From positions 25,586 to 89,585 of the forward strand of contig JBAZUU010000003.1 of NCBI GenBank assembly GCA_041661275.1: DNA of 64,000 nt, in the 5' to 3' direction. The stretch is from Parcubacteria group bacterium (GTDB lineage Bacteria > Patescibacteriota > Minisyncoccia > Moranbacterales > UBA2206). The stretch's first letter is position 1. Each line of letters begins with the position of its first letter. Both the position numbers and the translations under genes were made by a program. This document shows, one piece after another, positions 19,480-28,239 of the stretch. The notes beneath the pieces are model-generated. The model did not search any database, was not told the DNA's origin, and worked only from the letters and a program-made list of their open reading frames with translations.

Positions 19480-20307
19480 ATGACAAATGGAAAAAACGCT
19501 CCAAAAGCGGAGCAGGAAAGTGCCGGCCAGGTGAAAAAATCTGCCGGGTGTTTTGACGGTTTTGATTTTTCGTCGCTCGAAATCAAAATTGAAGACATGT
19601 TCAAGGGCGGCGTCCATTTCGGACACAATAAGTCCAGGAAAGATCCGAGGATGGATCAATATCTATTTGGCGTCAAAAATGACATCAGCATCATCGATCT
19701 GGAAAAGACTGAAGAGAAACTGAAAGAGGCGATGGAGTTTGTCACTAATACAGTGGCTGAAGGGAAAAATATTCTTTTTGTCGGAACGAAAAAACAAGCT
19801 CAAAAAATGATTGTGGAAGCGGCCAGGATTTGTGAGATGCCCTATGTCAGTGAAAGATGGCTGGGGGGAACATTCACTAATTTCGACATCATCTCCAAGA
19901 GAACGAAATTTTTGCGTGATGGTCAGGAAAAGATGAAAAGAGGGGAATATACCCACTATACAAAATTTGAGCAGATGAAAATTGCCGAAGAGCTCAATCG
20001 ATTGGAATCAAGAATGGGCGGGATAAAAGAGATGGTAAAATTGCCCGGAGCTATATTCATCGTCGGCGTCATTGAAGACGATCTGGCCATCAAGGAAGCG
20101 ACAGCCAAAAATATTCCCATCGTGGGGCTGGTTGATTCCAATGTCAATCCGGAGCGTGTCACGTATCCCATTCCGGCCAACGAAGACGCGCTGTCTTCGA
20201 TAAAGCTAATGCTGGCCTATATGGTGAAAGCAGTATTGGAGGGAAAAAATAACGCGGTAGTGGCAAAAGCTAAGGAAGAGAAAGAAAAAATCAAGGAGGA
20301 GAAATAA
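19480..20307 (+). CDS. rpsB: 30S ribosomal protein S2
   Basis: MFKGGVHFGHNKSRKDPRM and ILFVGTKKQA are S2 motifs. Confidence 0.9.
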   Translation: MTNGKNAPKAEQESAGQVKKSAGCFDGFDFSSLEIKIEDMFKGGVHFGHNKSRKDPRMDQYLFGVKNDISIIDLEKTEEKLKEAMEFVTNTVAEGKNILFVGTKKQAQKMIVEAARICEMPYVSERWLGGTFTNFDIISKRTKFLRDGQEKMKRGEYTHYTKFEQMKIAEELNRLESRMGGIKEMVKLPGAIFIVGVIEDDLAIKEATAKNIPIVGLVDSNVNPERVTYPIPANEDALSSIKLMLAYMVKAVLEGKNNAVVAKAKEEKEKIKEEK

Positions 20308-20449
20308 ATTTAAAAATCACAAATCCAAAATTACAAATCACAAATAAATTACAATATCAAAATCCAAAATTAAAAACCGTTTTGGATTTAGAAAATTAGA
20401 GTTTTGAATTTATTTGGAATTTGGCGCTTGAGATTTGGAATTTAATAGC

Positions 20450-20893
20450 ATGTTGGATAAAATTAAAAATTTACGAGAAAAAACCGGCGCGGGAATGGTG
20501 GAGATCAAAAAAGCGCTTGAAGAAACAGGTGGAGATGAGGCGAAAACTCTCGAAATTCTAAGAGCTCATGGGCAGGAAAAGGCTCAAAAAAAATCCGACC
20601 GGGTCGCCGGCGAGGGTTTTATCGTTTCCTATGTTCATCCCAATGGGAAAGTTGGATCTATGGTGAAACTAATGTGTGAGACAGACTTTGTGGCTATGAA
20701 TGATGATTTCAAAAATCTTGCTCGTGACATCGCTATGCATGTGGCGGCGATGAATCCGGAAGATGCGGTCGCGCTTCTTGCTCAACCGTTCGTCAAGAAT
20801 CCTGAAATAACCGTCGGAGAGCTGATCATTCAAAACATTTCGAAGATTGGTGAGAATATCCAAGTGGGAGAATTTTCAAGAATGGAAATATAA
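20450..20893 (+). CDS. tsf: Elongation factor Ts (short form)
   Basis: IKNLREKTGAGMVEIKKALEETGGD is the UBA-like N-terminus of EF-Ts. The gene follows rpsB. ORF track starts at TTG 20435. Confidence 0.8.
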   Translation: MLDKIKNLREKTGAGMVEIKKALEETGGDEAKTLEILRAHGQEKAQKKSDRVAGEGFIVSYVHPNGKVGSMVKLMCETDFVAMNDDFKNLARDIAMHVAAMNPEDAVALLAQPFVKNPEITVGELIIQNISKIGENIQVGEFSRMEI

Positions 20894-20910
20894 TTATTGC
20901 CAGAAGTATT

Positions 20911-21687
20911 ATGCCTAAATTTTTGATAAGAGTTTATTCCTGGGAAACGCCGAAGGTATATTTTTCCGAGATCGTTCTGGCCAAAGGGGAAAGCGTCATT
21001 GTAGCTACTGATTTTTGCAATGAATTGGGAATAGTTGAAGAGGCTGCCACGGAAAATAAGGAAGAAGCGGCGTTAAAAATATTACGGGTGGCAACATCCA
21101 GAGATAGAGAAGTTTTTTCCGGATATGAAAAAGAAGGGCCGCAACTAATGTCTGTTTGCCGGGAAGAAGCAAAGAAAATGAATTTGGAAATGAAAGTAGT
21201 TGACGCGCGAGTCAGTCTTGACGGAAAGCAGGTGATATTTGTTTTCACGGCTGACGGACGGATCGATTTTCGGGAGCTGGTCAAAAAACTTTCCAAAGAT
21301 CTGAAGAAAACTATCCGAATGCAGCAAATCGGTTCACGAGATGAGGCAAAAAAATTAGGCGGATTTGGAATATGTGGAAGGACTTTGTGTTGTGTTAATT
21401 CCAAGGGAAATATTCCGTCCATTTCTACTGATATGGCCAGGATCCAGCAAATTTCCCATCGCGGCGCGGAAAGAATTTCCGGGCTTTGCGGACGCCTCAT
21501 GTGTTGTCTGGCTTATGAAACGGAACAATACAAAGAAATGATGGCCGGTATGCCTGAAATGTACAGCGTAGTTAATACTAAAGAAGGCAGAGGGACAGTC
21601 ATTGAAATCAATGCTATCGAGCAGAAGATAAAGGTCAAATTGGAAAAAGGAGAATATATCACCATAACCAAAGAAGATTTGAAATAA
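20911..21687 (+). CDS. PSP1 C-terminal domain protein (RicT/YaaT-like)
   Basis: Repeated GICGRTLCC and GLCGRLMCCLAYE motifs are characteristic of PSP1/RicT. Confidence 0.7.
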   Translation: MPKFLIRVYSWETPKVYFSEIVLAKGESVIVATDFCNELGIVEEAATENKEEAALKILRVATSRDREVFSGYEKEGPQLMSVCREEAKKMNLEMKVVDARVSLDGKQVIFVFTADGRIDFRELVKKLSKDLKKTIRMQQIGSRDEAKKLGGFGICGRTLCCVNSKGNIPSISTDMARIQQISHRGAERISGLCGRLMCCLAYETEQYKEMMAGMPEMYSVVNTKEGRGTVIEINAIEQKIKVKLEKGEYITITKEDLK

Positions 21688-21690
21688 CAT

Positions 21691-22386
21691 ATGGCTTATT
21701 CCATTATACCTCCAATAGTAGTAGTCTTGAGCCTTATCGGTATAATTTTGTTTTTGATGAAAAAGGCTCCGCAAGTGAGACAGCTGAGAGAAGATGTTTC
21801 GAAGAGAGAATCGGGCGTCCTTTCTCCGGTAGCCAATGGCATTTCCAACGGATCGAAAATGCAATCAGTGAAACACGGATTTTTTCTGACACTGGAAAAA
21901 ATGACAAGAAAATTCAAGGTGATGTTTTTGAAGCTGGAAAATAAATTTACCTCATGGAACGAATCGATGAGGCAAAAGAGAAAAAATCATTCAGAAGAGG
22001 CAATGCCGAAAACGGATCAGCATAACGAAGTTTTTTCCGGTGACTTCAGACGCTCAGAAGATAATACTCAAAAAGTTGGCAGAAGAGGAATTTTCGTTCG
22101 GGAATCACTGGAAGAAAGGCTGAATCGTCCGATGGTGAGCGAAAAAGCAGTTATGCCGGAAGCGATACAACCGGAAATAAAAGACAGATTTGAAAAATTG
22201 CTCATCGAAAGGATCGCCGTCAATCCGAAAGACACCGAAGCTTATGAACGGTTGGGTGAATATTATTTTGAAATCCGCAATTACAATTATGCCAAAGAAT
22301 GTTTCAAGCAAGTGATCAAGCTCAATCCTGCCAACCAGGATGCCAAGAACCGGATGAAGAGATTGGAAAAGATTTTGTCGAGATAA
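21691..22386 (+). CDS. Membrane-anchored protein with C-terminal TPR-like repeat
   Basis: N-terminal TM helix (IIPPIVVVLSLIGIILFLM). C-terminus EAYERLGEYYFEIRNYNYAKECFKQVIKLNPAN is TPR-like. Confidence 0.5.
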   Translation: MAYSIIPPIVVVLSLIGIILFLMKKAPQVRQLREDVSKRESGVLSPVANGISNGSKMQSVKHGFFLTLEKMTRKFKVMFLKLENKFTSWNESMRQKRKNHSEEAMPKTDQHNEVFSGDFRRSEDNTQKVGRRGIFVRESLEERLNRPMVSEKAVMPEAIQPEIKDRFEKLLIERIAVNPKDTEAYERLGEYYFEIRNYNYAKECFKQVIKLNPANQDAKNRMKRLEKILSR

Positions 22387-22403
22387 ATTCTTTTTGTCAA
22401 TGT

Positions 22404-22475
22404 GCCGAAGTAGCTCAATGGTAGAGCAGCGCTCTTGTAAAGCGAAGGTTGGGGGTTCAAGTCCTCTCTTCGGCT
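22404..22475 (+). tRNA. tRNA-Thr (anticodon TGT)
   Basis: Manual fold. Acceptor gccgaag/cttcggc. D-arm gctc-aatggta-gagc. Anticodon loop cttgtaa. T-arm ggggg-ttcaagt-cctct. No encoded CCA. Confidence 0.7.
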
Positions 22476-22493
22476 CGTTAAAATAAAAATAAA

Positions 22494-22892
22494 ATGCACA
22501 TAAAAACAAAAGGATATATTGCAGAAATGTATGTAACGGCGCGGCTAATTGAAGACGGATGGCGAGTGTTGCATCCAATCGGAGAAAATAATCGGTATGA
22601 TCTGGTTGCTGAACGCGACGGAAAATTTATCAGAATCCAGGTTAAATATGTGACACCTAAAAAAGGTGTTTTGGATGTAAATTGCAGAAGTAGTAATAAT
22701 TGGTCAGTTTTGCATTATTCAGCTAAGGAAATTGATGTTATAGCAGCTTATAATGCGCAAACCAGAGATATCTATTACATACCAGTTTCAAAAATAAATA
22801 GAAGTTTGATAAAATTAAGAATATTTCCAACAAAAAACAACCAGAAGATAAATATTAATTCAGCAGAAAAATTTTTAAAATTAGAATATTAA
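22494..22892 (+). CDS. YraN-like (UPF0102) PD-(D/E)xK endonuclease family protein
   Basis: GYIAEMYVTARLIEDGWRVLHPIGENNRYDLVAERDGKFIRIQVKY matches the YraN pattern (G..aE..a...L...G..il.....GEIDLIa.dg...FVEVKtR). The gene is embedded in the tRNA cluster. Confidence 0.5.
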   Translation: MHIKTKGYIAEMYVTARLIEDGWRVLHPIGENNRYDLVAERDGKFIRIQVKYVTPKKGVLDVNCRSSNNWSVLHYSAKEIDVIAAYNAQTRDIYYIPVSKINRSLIKLRIFPTKNNQKININSAEKFLKLEY

Positions 22893-22897
22893 TATAT

Positions 22898-22980
22898 GGG
22901 TGTGTCGCATAGTGGCAATTGCTCCTGACTGTAAATCAGGCGTCCTACGGACTTCGCAGGTTCGAGTCCTGCCGCACCCA
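22898..22980 (+). tRNA. tRNA-Tyr (anticodon GTA, long variable arm)
   Basis: Acceptor gggtgtg/cgcaccc. Anticodon stem-loop cctga-ctgtaaa-tcagg. Variable arm cgtcctacggacttcg. T-arm gcagg-ttcgagt-cctgc. Confidence 0.8.
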
Positions 22981-23013
22981 CATAAAATAAATAGTTTGCC
23001 GTTGTTTCGATGT

Positions 23014-23088
23014 CGGGATTGCCGAGATAGCTCAGTTGGTAGTCGCCTCATCGGCGACCTGCCGAAGAGGCAGGAGCACGTCCTTGCC
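23014..23088 (+). pseudogene. Disrupted tRNA-Gly(GCC)-like 5' half: intact D-arm, 31-nt insertion, sequence through anticodon GCC, then truncated (no T-arm or 3' acceptor)
   Basis: gccgagaTAGCTCAGTTGGTAG[tcgcctcatcggcgacctgccgaagaggcag]GAGCACGtCCTTGCCt matches tRNA-Gly(GCC) up to position 36, then diverges. No TTCRA T-loop before the next tRNA. Confidence 0.35.
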
Positions 23089-23102
23089 TGATTTCGTTTA
23101 AT

Positions 23103-23174
23103 GCCCAGGTAGTTCAGTGGCAGAACGCTTCCATGGTAAGGAAGAGGTCGAGAGTCCGATTCTCTCCCTGGGCT
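23103..23174 (+). tRNA. tRNA-Thr (anticodon GGT)
   Basis: Acceptor gcccagg/cctgggc. D-arm gttc-agtggca-gaac. Anticodon stem-loop cttcc-atggtaa-ggaag. T-arm gagag-tccgatt-ctctc. Confidence 0.75.
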
Positions 23175-23273
23175 CAAGTTTAATAAAATTAATTGTATCC
23201 CTCATCCGTCTCCGACTATCCGTCGGAGCCACCTTCTCCCAGAGGGAGAAGGGGATTTGAAGGGACTGAATAT

Positions 23274-23429
23274 ATGGCGCGAGAAAATTTGGTGAAAATG
23301 CGATGCTCCGATTGTAAAAGTATCAATCATTTCACAACCAGAAACAAGAAAAAAATCAAAGAGAAATTGGAACTAAAAAAGTTCTGCAAAAAATGCCGGA
23401 AAAATACCGTGCACAAAGAGATGAAATAA
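23274..23429 (+). CDS. rpmG: 50S ribosomal protein L33
   Basis: MARENLVKMRCSDCKSINHFTTRNKKKIKEKLELKKFCKKCRKNTVHKEMK is the L33 zinc-ribbon pattern. ORF track 23193 has extra upstream residues. Confidence 0.8.
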   Translation: MARENLVKMRCSDCKSINHFTTRNKKKIKEKLELKKFCKKCRKNTVHKEMK

Positions 23430-23473
23430 GTGAGTGTCCGCCTTCGCTCTTTTCGAGCTTCGGCGGGACGAAG

Positions 23474-23547
23474 GCGGGATTCGTACAGTGGTAGTACATC
23501 GGTCTCCAAAACCGACGACGTAGGTTCGATTCCTACATCCCGTGCCA
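23474..23547 (+). tRNA. tRNA-Trp (anticodon CCA, CCA end encoded)
   Basis: Acceptor gcgggat/atcccgt. D-arm gtac-agtggtag-tac. Anticodon stem-loop tcggt-ctccaaa-accga. T-arm gtagg-ttcgatt-cctac. Discriminator g, then cca. Confidence 0.8.
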
Positions 23548-25137
23548 ACGTGTAATCAGCGAGCTTAATTGCTCGCTTTTTACTTTGTTAGAGCCACTTT
23601 CTCTCGGTTCTAACCCTTCATATTCACTATGCAAGGCAGGATACTTGTTTGTGATAGGCACAAACCAATCTTTGGCTTGAATGGCGGATATTTTGTCTTT
23701 TATGGCGTGGTTCGAGCCTAAATGCAAAATAAGCTCTCGTTTGCCCTCAAGGTCTCTTTTGAGAAATTCATTATGGGCGTAAGCCGCAAAAGAAAATGTC
23801 TTTTCCGTGAGCTCCAGCGTTTTTTCTTTGTTTTCTTCGGCGTGTTTCAGTTTATCCTCAAACTGGGCGATATTTTTCTTTAGCGTTTCCCGTTCAACTA
23901 CAAATTCATCATCGGTAATCAAATTTTTATAACGCATAGCCGTGAGGCTGGCAAGCTGATTTTTAGTTTCCGAAAGCGTTCTCTCTTGCATCTCTTTTAT
24001 TTTCTTCTCGTTATCAATCTCGGTGCCCTTTTTACTTTCGATAACTTCCAACGCCCAAGACAAAAATTCGGGAATCATTTCGTATTTTTCCAGTTCATAT
24101 TCCAGTTGCTCAAAAAGTTTTCTTTCCTCTAAAACTTTATTCTGCGTGCATTTTCTTTTTTTACTCTTTCTGGTGCAGTGATAATACGTATAGGCTCTTA
24201 GCTCGCCCGTGCTTTTAATGAGTTTATATTTTGTCTCTGCGGTATACATACAGCCACATTCCGGACAGCGGAACAAGCCAGTGAAAGGGAAATGGTGTTT
24301 TTTGGGTCTGGGTTTTCCCGCTCGTCCCAAAATGGCTTGAGCTCGGTCATATTCTTCGAGCGTTATCATTGGGGTGTGTTTTCCTGGATATTGTATGTTA
24401 TTGTGTTCGATAATTCCTGCATAAAAGATATTGGTAAAAATTTTATACATACCGCTCATTGCTAATGGCTTGTCTCCTAATCTCTTTTTCTTTATTGTCC
24501 GGAATCCCCATTCATTATTGAGCTTATTAAGGACTTGAGGCACTGTGTAATCACCAGTAAGCATTAAATCCCAAGCTTTACGAAGCAATCTGAATCGCAA
24601 TGGGTCTATTGGCATTGTGTGCGTTGCCAAATCATTTAAATAGCCTGTAGGTGCCATTCCAGGTCTCCACCCATCCTCTCGTTTCTTCTGGTTTCCTCTT
24701 TTAACAACCGTGCTTAAATCTCGAGAATACTGGTTAGCCATTCCACTTTCAACACTAAAAAGCAATACATTGTCCTCGGGTTTGTATTCCTTTTCTATTG
24801 TTTGGATTGATTTAATAACTCCTTGTTGCAAGAGCCAGCTTATTTTCCCGCTGTCTATTGGATTTCTGGAAAGACGGTTAAGGTGCCAGCATAAAATGCC
24901 ATCCGCCTCTCCACTTTCAATTCTTTTTATCATCTCATCGAATAGGGGACGATTGTTCGGTTTTTTGGCGGACTTTGATTCTTTGTAGGTATTCTTCACA
25001 TTAAAGCCCCTGTCCTTGGCTAATCGCTCCAGGCTTCCAACTTGGTCTTCGATTGATTGCACCTGGCGGTCTTCGCTTTCTGAAGATTTTCGAGCGTAGA
25101 GAAAATATTTTATTTCTTGCGGTTTAGTTGTTGCCAT
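23533..25137 (-). CDS. Large serine recombinase (phage/ICE integrase type)
   Basis: 534 aa. N-terminal resolvase catalytic domain (YARKSSESEDRQVQSIEDQ with catalytic Ser). Recombinase domain, zinc ribbon (CPECGC...YYHCTRK), C-terminal coiled coil. Confidence 0.8.
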   Translation of the reverse strand: MATTKPQEIKYFLYARKSSESEDRQVQSIEDQVGSLERLAKDRGFNVKNTYKESKSAKKPNNRPLFDEMIKRIESGEADGILCWHLNRLSRNPIDSGKISWLLQQGVIKSIQTIEKEYKPEDNVLLFSVESGMANQYSRDLSTVVKRGNQKKREDGWRPGMAPTGYLNDLATHTMPIDPLRFRLLRKAWDLMLTGDYTVPQVLNKLNNEWGFRTIKKKRLGDKPLAMSGMYKIFTNIFYAGIIEHNNIQYPGKHTPMITLEEYDRAQAILGRAGKPRPKKHHFPFTGLFRCPECGCMYTAETKYKLIKSTGELRAYTYYHCTRKSKKRKCTQNKVLEERKLFEQLEYELEKYEMIPEFLSWALEVIESKKGTEIDNEKKIKEMQERTLSETKNQLASLTAMRYKNLITDDEFVVERETLKKNIAQFEDKLKHAEENKEKTLELTEKTFSFAAYAHNEFLKRDLEGKRELILHLGSNHAIKDKISAIQAKDWFVPITNKYPALHSEYEGLEPRESGSNKVKSEQLSSLITRWHGM

Positions 25138-25249
25138 ATGATTATTATAATAATTTATTACTGATATAATTTTACCAAAAACGATTAGTTAAATTACATT
25201 TCAGGAAAAATGTGAAAAATTTTTGGAAAATTTATTGATGTTTTCATTA

Positions 25250-26002
25250 TCAACGAAAAAGTCGACTAAAAATATCCGGAGGCTCTTTTACGGGTATTAT
25301 TTTTTTCTTATGACGTAACTGCTCGAGTTTTTGTGTAATTTCTTTCATCCCGAGGATTCCACCCACGCCCCTAATTTCATTGATAGCCAGTTTTATATCT
25401 TCTTTCTTATAATATGTCTTATAAAATGACAAAGCCTTATTGGTTTCAGATTCTTCTGTATTTATTTTTTTTGGCTCGATTTCATCATATGATTTAATCC
25501 TATGATTTACAGGGTCAAATTCTACCTTAGTTGCGAGTTCATTTTGACTCTCTACCTTGTCCATTTTGACACTAGGCTCCAGATAGATGTTTTCCTTTTC
25601 AAAGCCAGGAAGCTTTTTCCAGACGGAAGTATCCAGAAGATAATAATTATTTACCATTCTTTTTCCAGGACGATTTACAAAAATCAGGTTGTACCTCTCA
25701 AGTTCTTTTAAGCCCTTCGATACGTACCGATTGTTGCAAATCCCGCCCTCTCTAACGATTTTTTCCATTCCTGGGAAGCACGCCTGAGTTTTTGCGTTAG
25801 CGTGTTTTGCTAATGAAAAATAAACCAGCGTAGCGTGCTTCGAAAGATTTTTGGCGTATCCCCATTCGTAATACTCATTGTCCACAAAAAATCTCTTTTG
25901 CTTGCCCTTTCTTCTAATCGGAAAATCAGGAGAAAACCCTCCGTGAGTCATTTTGAAAGCGGTGCTTCTGATTATTTTGTCTATACGTTTTATTTCACTC
26001 AT
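25250..26002 (-). CDS. HTH (winged-helix) DNA-binding protein, replication-initiator/HTH_36-like
   Basis: LVYFSLAKHANAKTQACFPGMEKIVREGGICNNRYVSKGLKELERYNLIFV resembles plasmid/phage HTH replication proteins. Confidence 0.4.
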   Translation of the reverse strand: MSEIKRIDKIIRSTAFKMTHGGFSPDFPIRRKGKQKRFFVDNEYYEWGYAKNLSKHATLVYFSLAKHANAKTQACFPGMEKIVREGGICNNRYVSKGLKELERYNLIFVNRPGKRMVNNYYLLDTSVWKKLPGFEKENIYLEPSVKMDKVESQNELATKVEFDPVNHRIKSYDEIEPKKINTEESETNKALSFYKTYYKKEDIKLAINEIRGVGGILGMKEITQKLEQLRHKKKIIPVKEPPDIFSRLFR

Positions 26003-26193
26003 ATTATTTTCATTTCCCGCCGCCTTTTTTGTAATAGCTTAAATTCCCGTTCCATCATCGGTTTATAAGTAAGCTCGACCTCACGTACAAGGCTTTCTGC
26101 CTGTTCGTGAGCCTCACTTAAATCAAGCTCCTTCCCGAGAAGCTCTCTATATAAAATCTGAAATTTTTTGATTTGTTTATCGGATAACGACAT
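25999..26193 (-). CDS. Small hypothetical protein (64 aa)
   Basis: ORF track. 4-nt overlap with the downstream gene. Confidence 0.35.
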   Translation of the reverse strand: MSLSDKQIKKFQILYRELLGKELDLSEAHEQAESLVREVELTYKPMMEREFKLLQKRRREMKII

Positions 26194-26311
26194 TTTTTGA
26201 AAATTAAAAATAGGCTATGTTTCAAGCCTACTTAAATTAAAAATGATTGTCGTTCTAGTCCGAGTGTTTCTTACATTTCTATGTGAATTTCTTAATACTT
26301 CTTAATGTTTC

Positions 26312-27001
26312 TTACTCGTCGATGTTTTTTAATTTTGCAATCCCTTCAGCAAGTTTATCTGGGTCTATGCTAAATTCTTCTATTTTATCTTTGGGAATGA
26401 AATTTCTAAATTTTACAGCATTCATTGAAACCTCAAAAAATAATTTCCGTATCTCATTGTTAAATCCAAGGTCGTTTAATATATGATGAAAGTCTTTTCC
26501 GATGGTCGCTTTCTCATTTTTTTCAATTTCATCCCTACGAATCAGTCTGTTGGGATTGCAAAAGACGTAGTTAAAAAAGTGGTCATTTTCTGACTCAAAG
26601 TTCGGCTTAGAAAGTTTATATTTATCATCCAGCGATATAGTTCTGTCTTCTTTGATGCTTATGTAATGACAATCCTTTTTGTTTATACGTCTTTCAAATT
26701 TTATTCCGTGTTCTTCACATAATTTGTCAAACCCAGGGCTTATTATTTTAATATCATACCAATTCGTTTTATTTTTATTTGCCTTTGCTCCATTTCTTGA
26801 TTTTTTTCTGCTCAAAATTTTTATAGCCTCAAAAACTTCTAAAACTTTTTCGACTATGTCTCTCTGGGTTTCTGGAAGTGGGTCTGTTTCTTGCGTATCA
26901 ATCTTGTACCACGTCCTGTCGCTTATTTTGGGATAATTTTCAAAATTATTTACAATTTTTTCAAGTACCCATTTTCTTTGTCGGGCTGATACTGAACTCA
27001 T
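26312..27001 (-). CDS. Hypothetical protein
   Basis: 229-aa ORF. No motif recognised. Confidence 0.45.
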   Translation of the reverse strand: MSSVSARQRKWVLEKIVNNFENYPKISDRTWYKIDTQETDPLPETQRDIVEKVLEVFEAIKILSRKKSRNGAKANKNKTNWYDIKIISPGFDKLCEEHGIKFERRINKKDCHYISIKEDRTISLDDKYKLSKPNFESENDHFFNYVFCNPNRLIRRDEIEKNEKATIGKDFHHILNDLGFNNEIRKLFFEVSMNAVKFRNFIPKDKIEEFSIDPDKLAEGIAKLKNIDE

Positions 27002-27269
27002 ATTTTTTATATTATTATTGATTCTTATATCCTTAACTTACCTCAAATCCGCCTTAAAATCAACTGAAAAACTTGATATTCTGGCTTTTTTGTAGTATCT
27101 TATAAGTGTTCACCTGCAGCAAATTTTTCGTGAGGAAAACTGCCTTTTCTATCCGATTACGGGTAGTAAGCGGCGGTCGAGTTCCATAATCGGACTTCCT
27201 CACGGATTGTCTGTTGTGGGTGAACGGCTCGGTCGTCGCTTTTTGTTTTGGCTAAATATTTATTTTAAT

Positions 27270-27842
27270 ATGATGAAAACTAAAATTCTGCCGATTATCA
27301 TTGGTTTAGGAATCGGAGTCGTAATATCTCCCGTCCTGGGAATGGCAATCAGCCCAACTAGAAATCTAATTATGAAACTGGCTCCCCAAGAAGCTATCTT
27401 GAGCTTGGCAGATAAAATCAAACAAAAGGAGACGAGCGAACAACAAAAATTAAGTTCTGAAGAAAAAGTCCAAGAAGTAATTCAGGAATCACAACCTGCA
27501 GAAAGTATTACGGAACCTCGACAGGAAATTATTCCCGCAGTTCAATCAGAAAACGACAAGGGACAGATAGAAGCCTGCCAAAATGCCAAAACCGAATGTG
27601 AGAAAAAAATAAAAAATATCAATAATGAAATAGATGATTTGGAAAACCAGGTCAAGGAGCAAGAAAAATTATATGGTGAAGCCAAAGAAAAGTATGGAAA
27701 CAGTACGAGCGACGGAGAGATAAAAATGTTGAAATATCGTGAGGCTATGTTGAAAAAATCAGAAGGAGATTTGAAATCCAGAAAGAAAGAGCTCCAGAAT
27801 ATCACTGGCGGAGAATGTAAAAATTATAATAAAACTTGTTAA
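27270..27842 (+). CDS. Membrane-anchored/secreted coiled-coil protein
   Basis: Start MMKTKILPIIIGLGIGVVISPVLG (TM/signal) within ORF-track ORF 27207. E/K-rich coiled coil. Confidence 0.45.
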   Translation: MMKTKILPIIIGLGIGVVISPVLGMAISPTRNLIMKLAPQEAILSLADKIKQKETSEQQKLSSEEKVQEVIQESQPAESITEPRQEIIPAVQSENDKGQIEACQNAKTECEKKIKNINNEIDDLENQVKEQEKLYGEAKEKYGNSTSDGEIKMLKYREAMLKKSEGDLKSRKKELQNITGGECKNYNKTC

Positions 27843-27846
27843 AAAA

Positions 27847-28239
27847 ATGAATCCACACTTTCAAAAAATAGGCGATGTTTTCCTAAATATTTCCAAAATT
27901 TGGGCTGGCGGGTGGGTTGTTATTATAGTCGCGTCTTTTCTAATAAATTCTGATAGCGATTTTATTCAAAATTTTTCGATACTGGATTTTTTCATTTTTT
28001 TAACCTTGGCATTTAGTCCATATATAATCATTAAAATAATAAAAATCGGGATGGAAAACAAAATAATAAATAACCAAGCAAAAAAGTATTGGCTGGTTTT
28101 AATTTTTATATTGATTTTTGGAGTTATTTTTTATTGGTTTGAATACCGACCAAGCCAGGCAAGAAAACAATGTTCCGCAAAATCATTCAGCGATAACTTA
28201 TATAAAAAATGTTTGCGGGAAAAGGGCTTGGAAAAATGA
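27847..28239 (+). CDS. Small multi-pass membrane protein
   Basis: 130 aa with three hydrophobic segments. Confidence 0.45.
   Translation: MNPHFQKIGDVFLNISKIWAGGWVVIIVASFLINSDSDFIQNFSILDFFIFLTLAFSPYIIIKIIKIGMENKIINNQAKKYWLVLIFILIFGVIFYWFEYRPSQARKQCSAKSFSDNLYKKCLREKGLEK

Noticed and set aside
178-22578. Numerous antisense or overlapping ORFs inside well-supported genes (e.g. 178..1131-, 1521..2102-, 2139..2813-, 10105..10644-, 20934..21500-, 21355..21864-, 22105..22578-)
   Set aside because: They lie inside, and antisense or out-of-frame to, genes with clear conserved motifs (sigma-70 region 4, FtsA, PSP1, etc.). Compositional artefacts of AT-rich coding DNA.
23014-23100. Complete tRNA (Gly, or Met via a gtcgc-ctcatcg-gcgac stem-loop) at 23021-23100
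   Set aside because: No T-arm or TTCRA loop and no 3' acceptor complementary to either candidate 5' acceptor. Only the 5' portion matches tRNA-Gly(GCC).
22881-23177. ORFs 22900..23091(+) and 22881..23177(-) spanning the tRNA cluster
   Set aside because: Overlap three tRNA genes. No SD and no coding signal.
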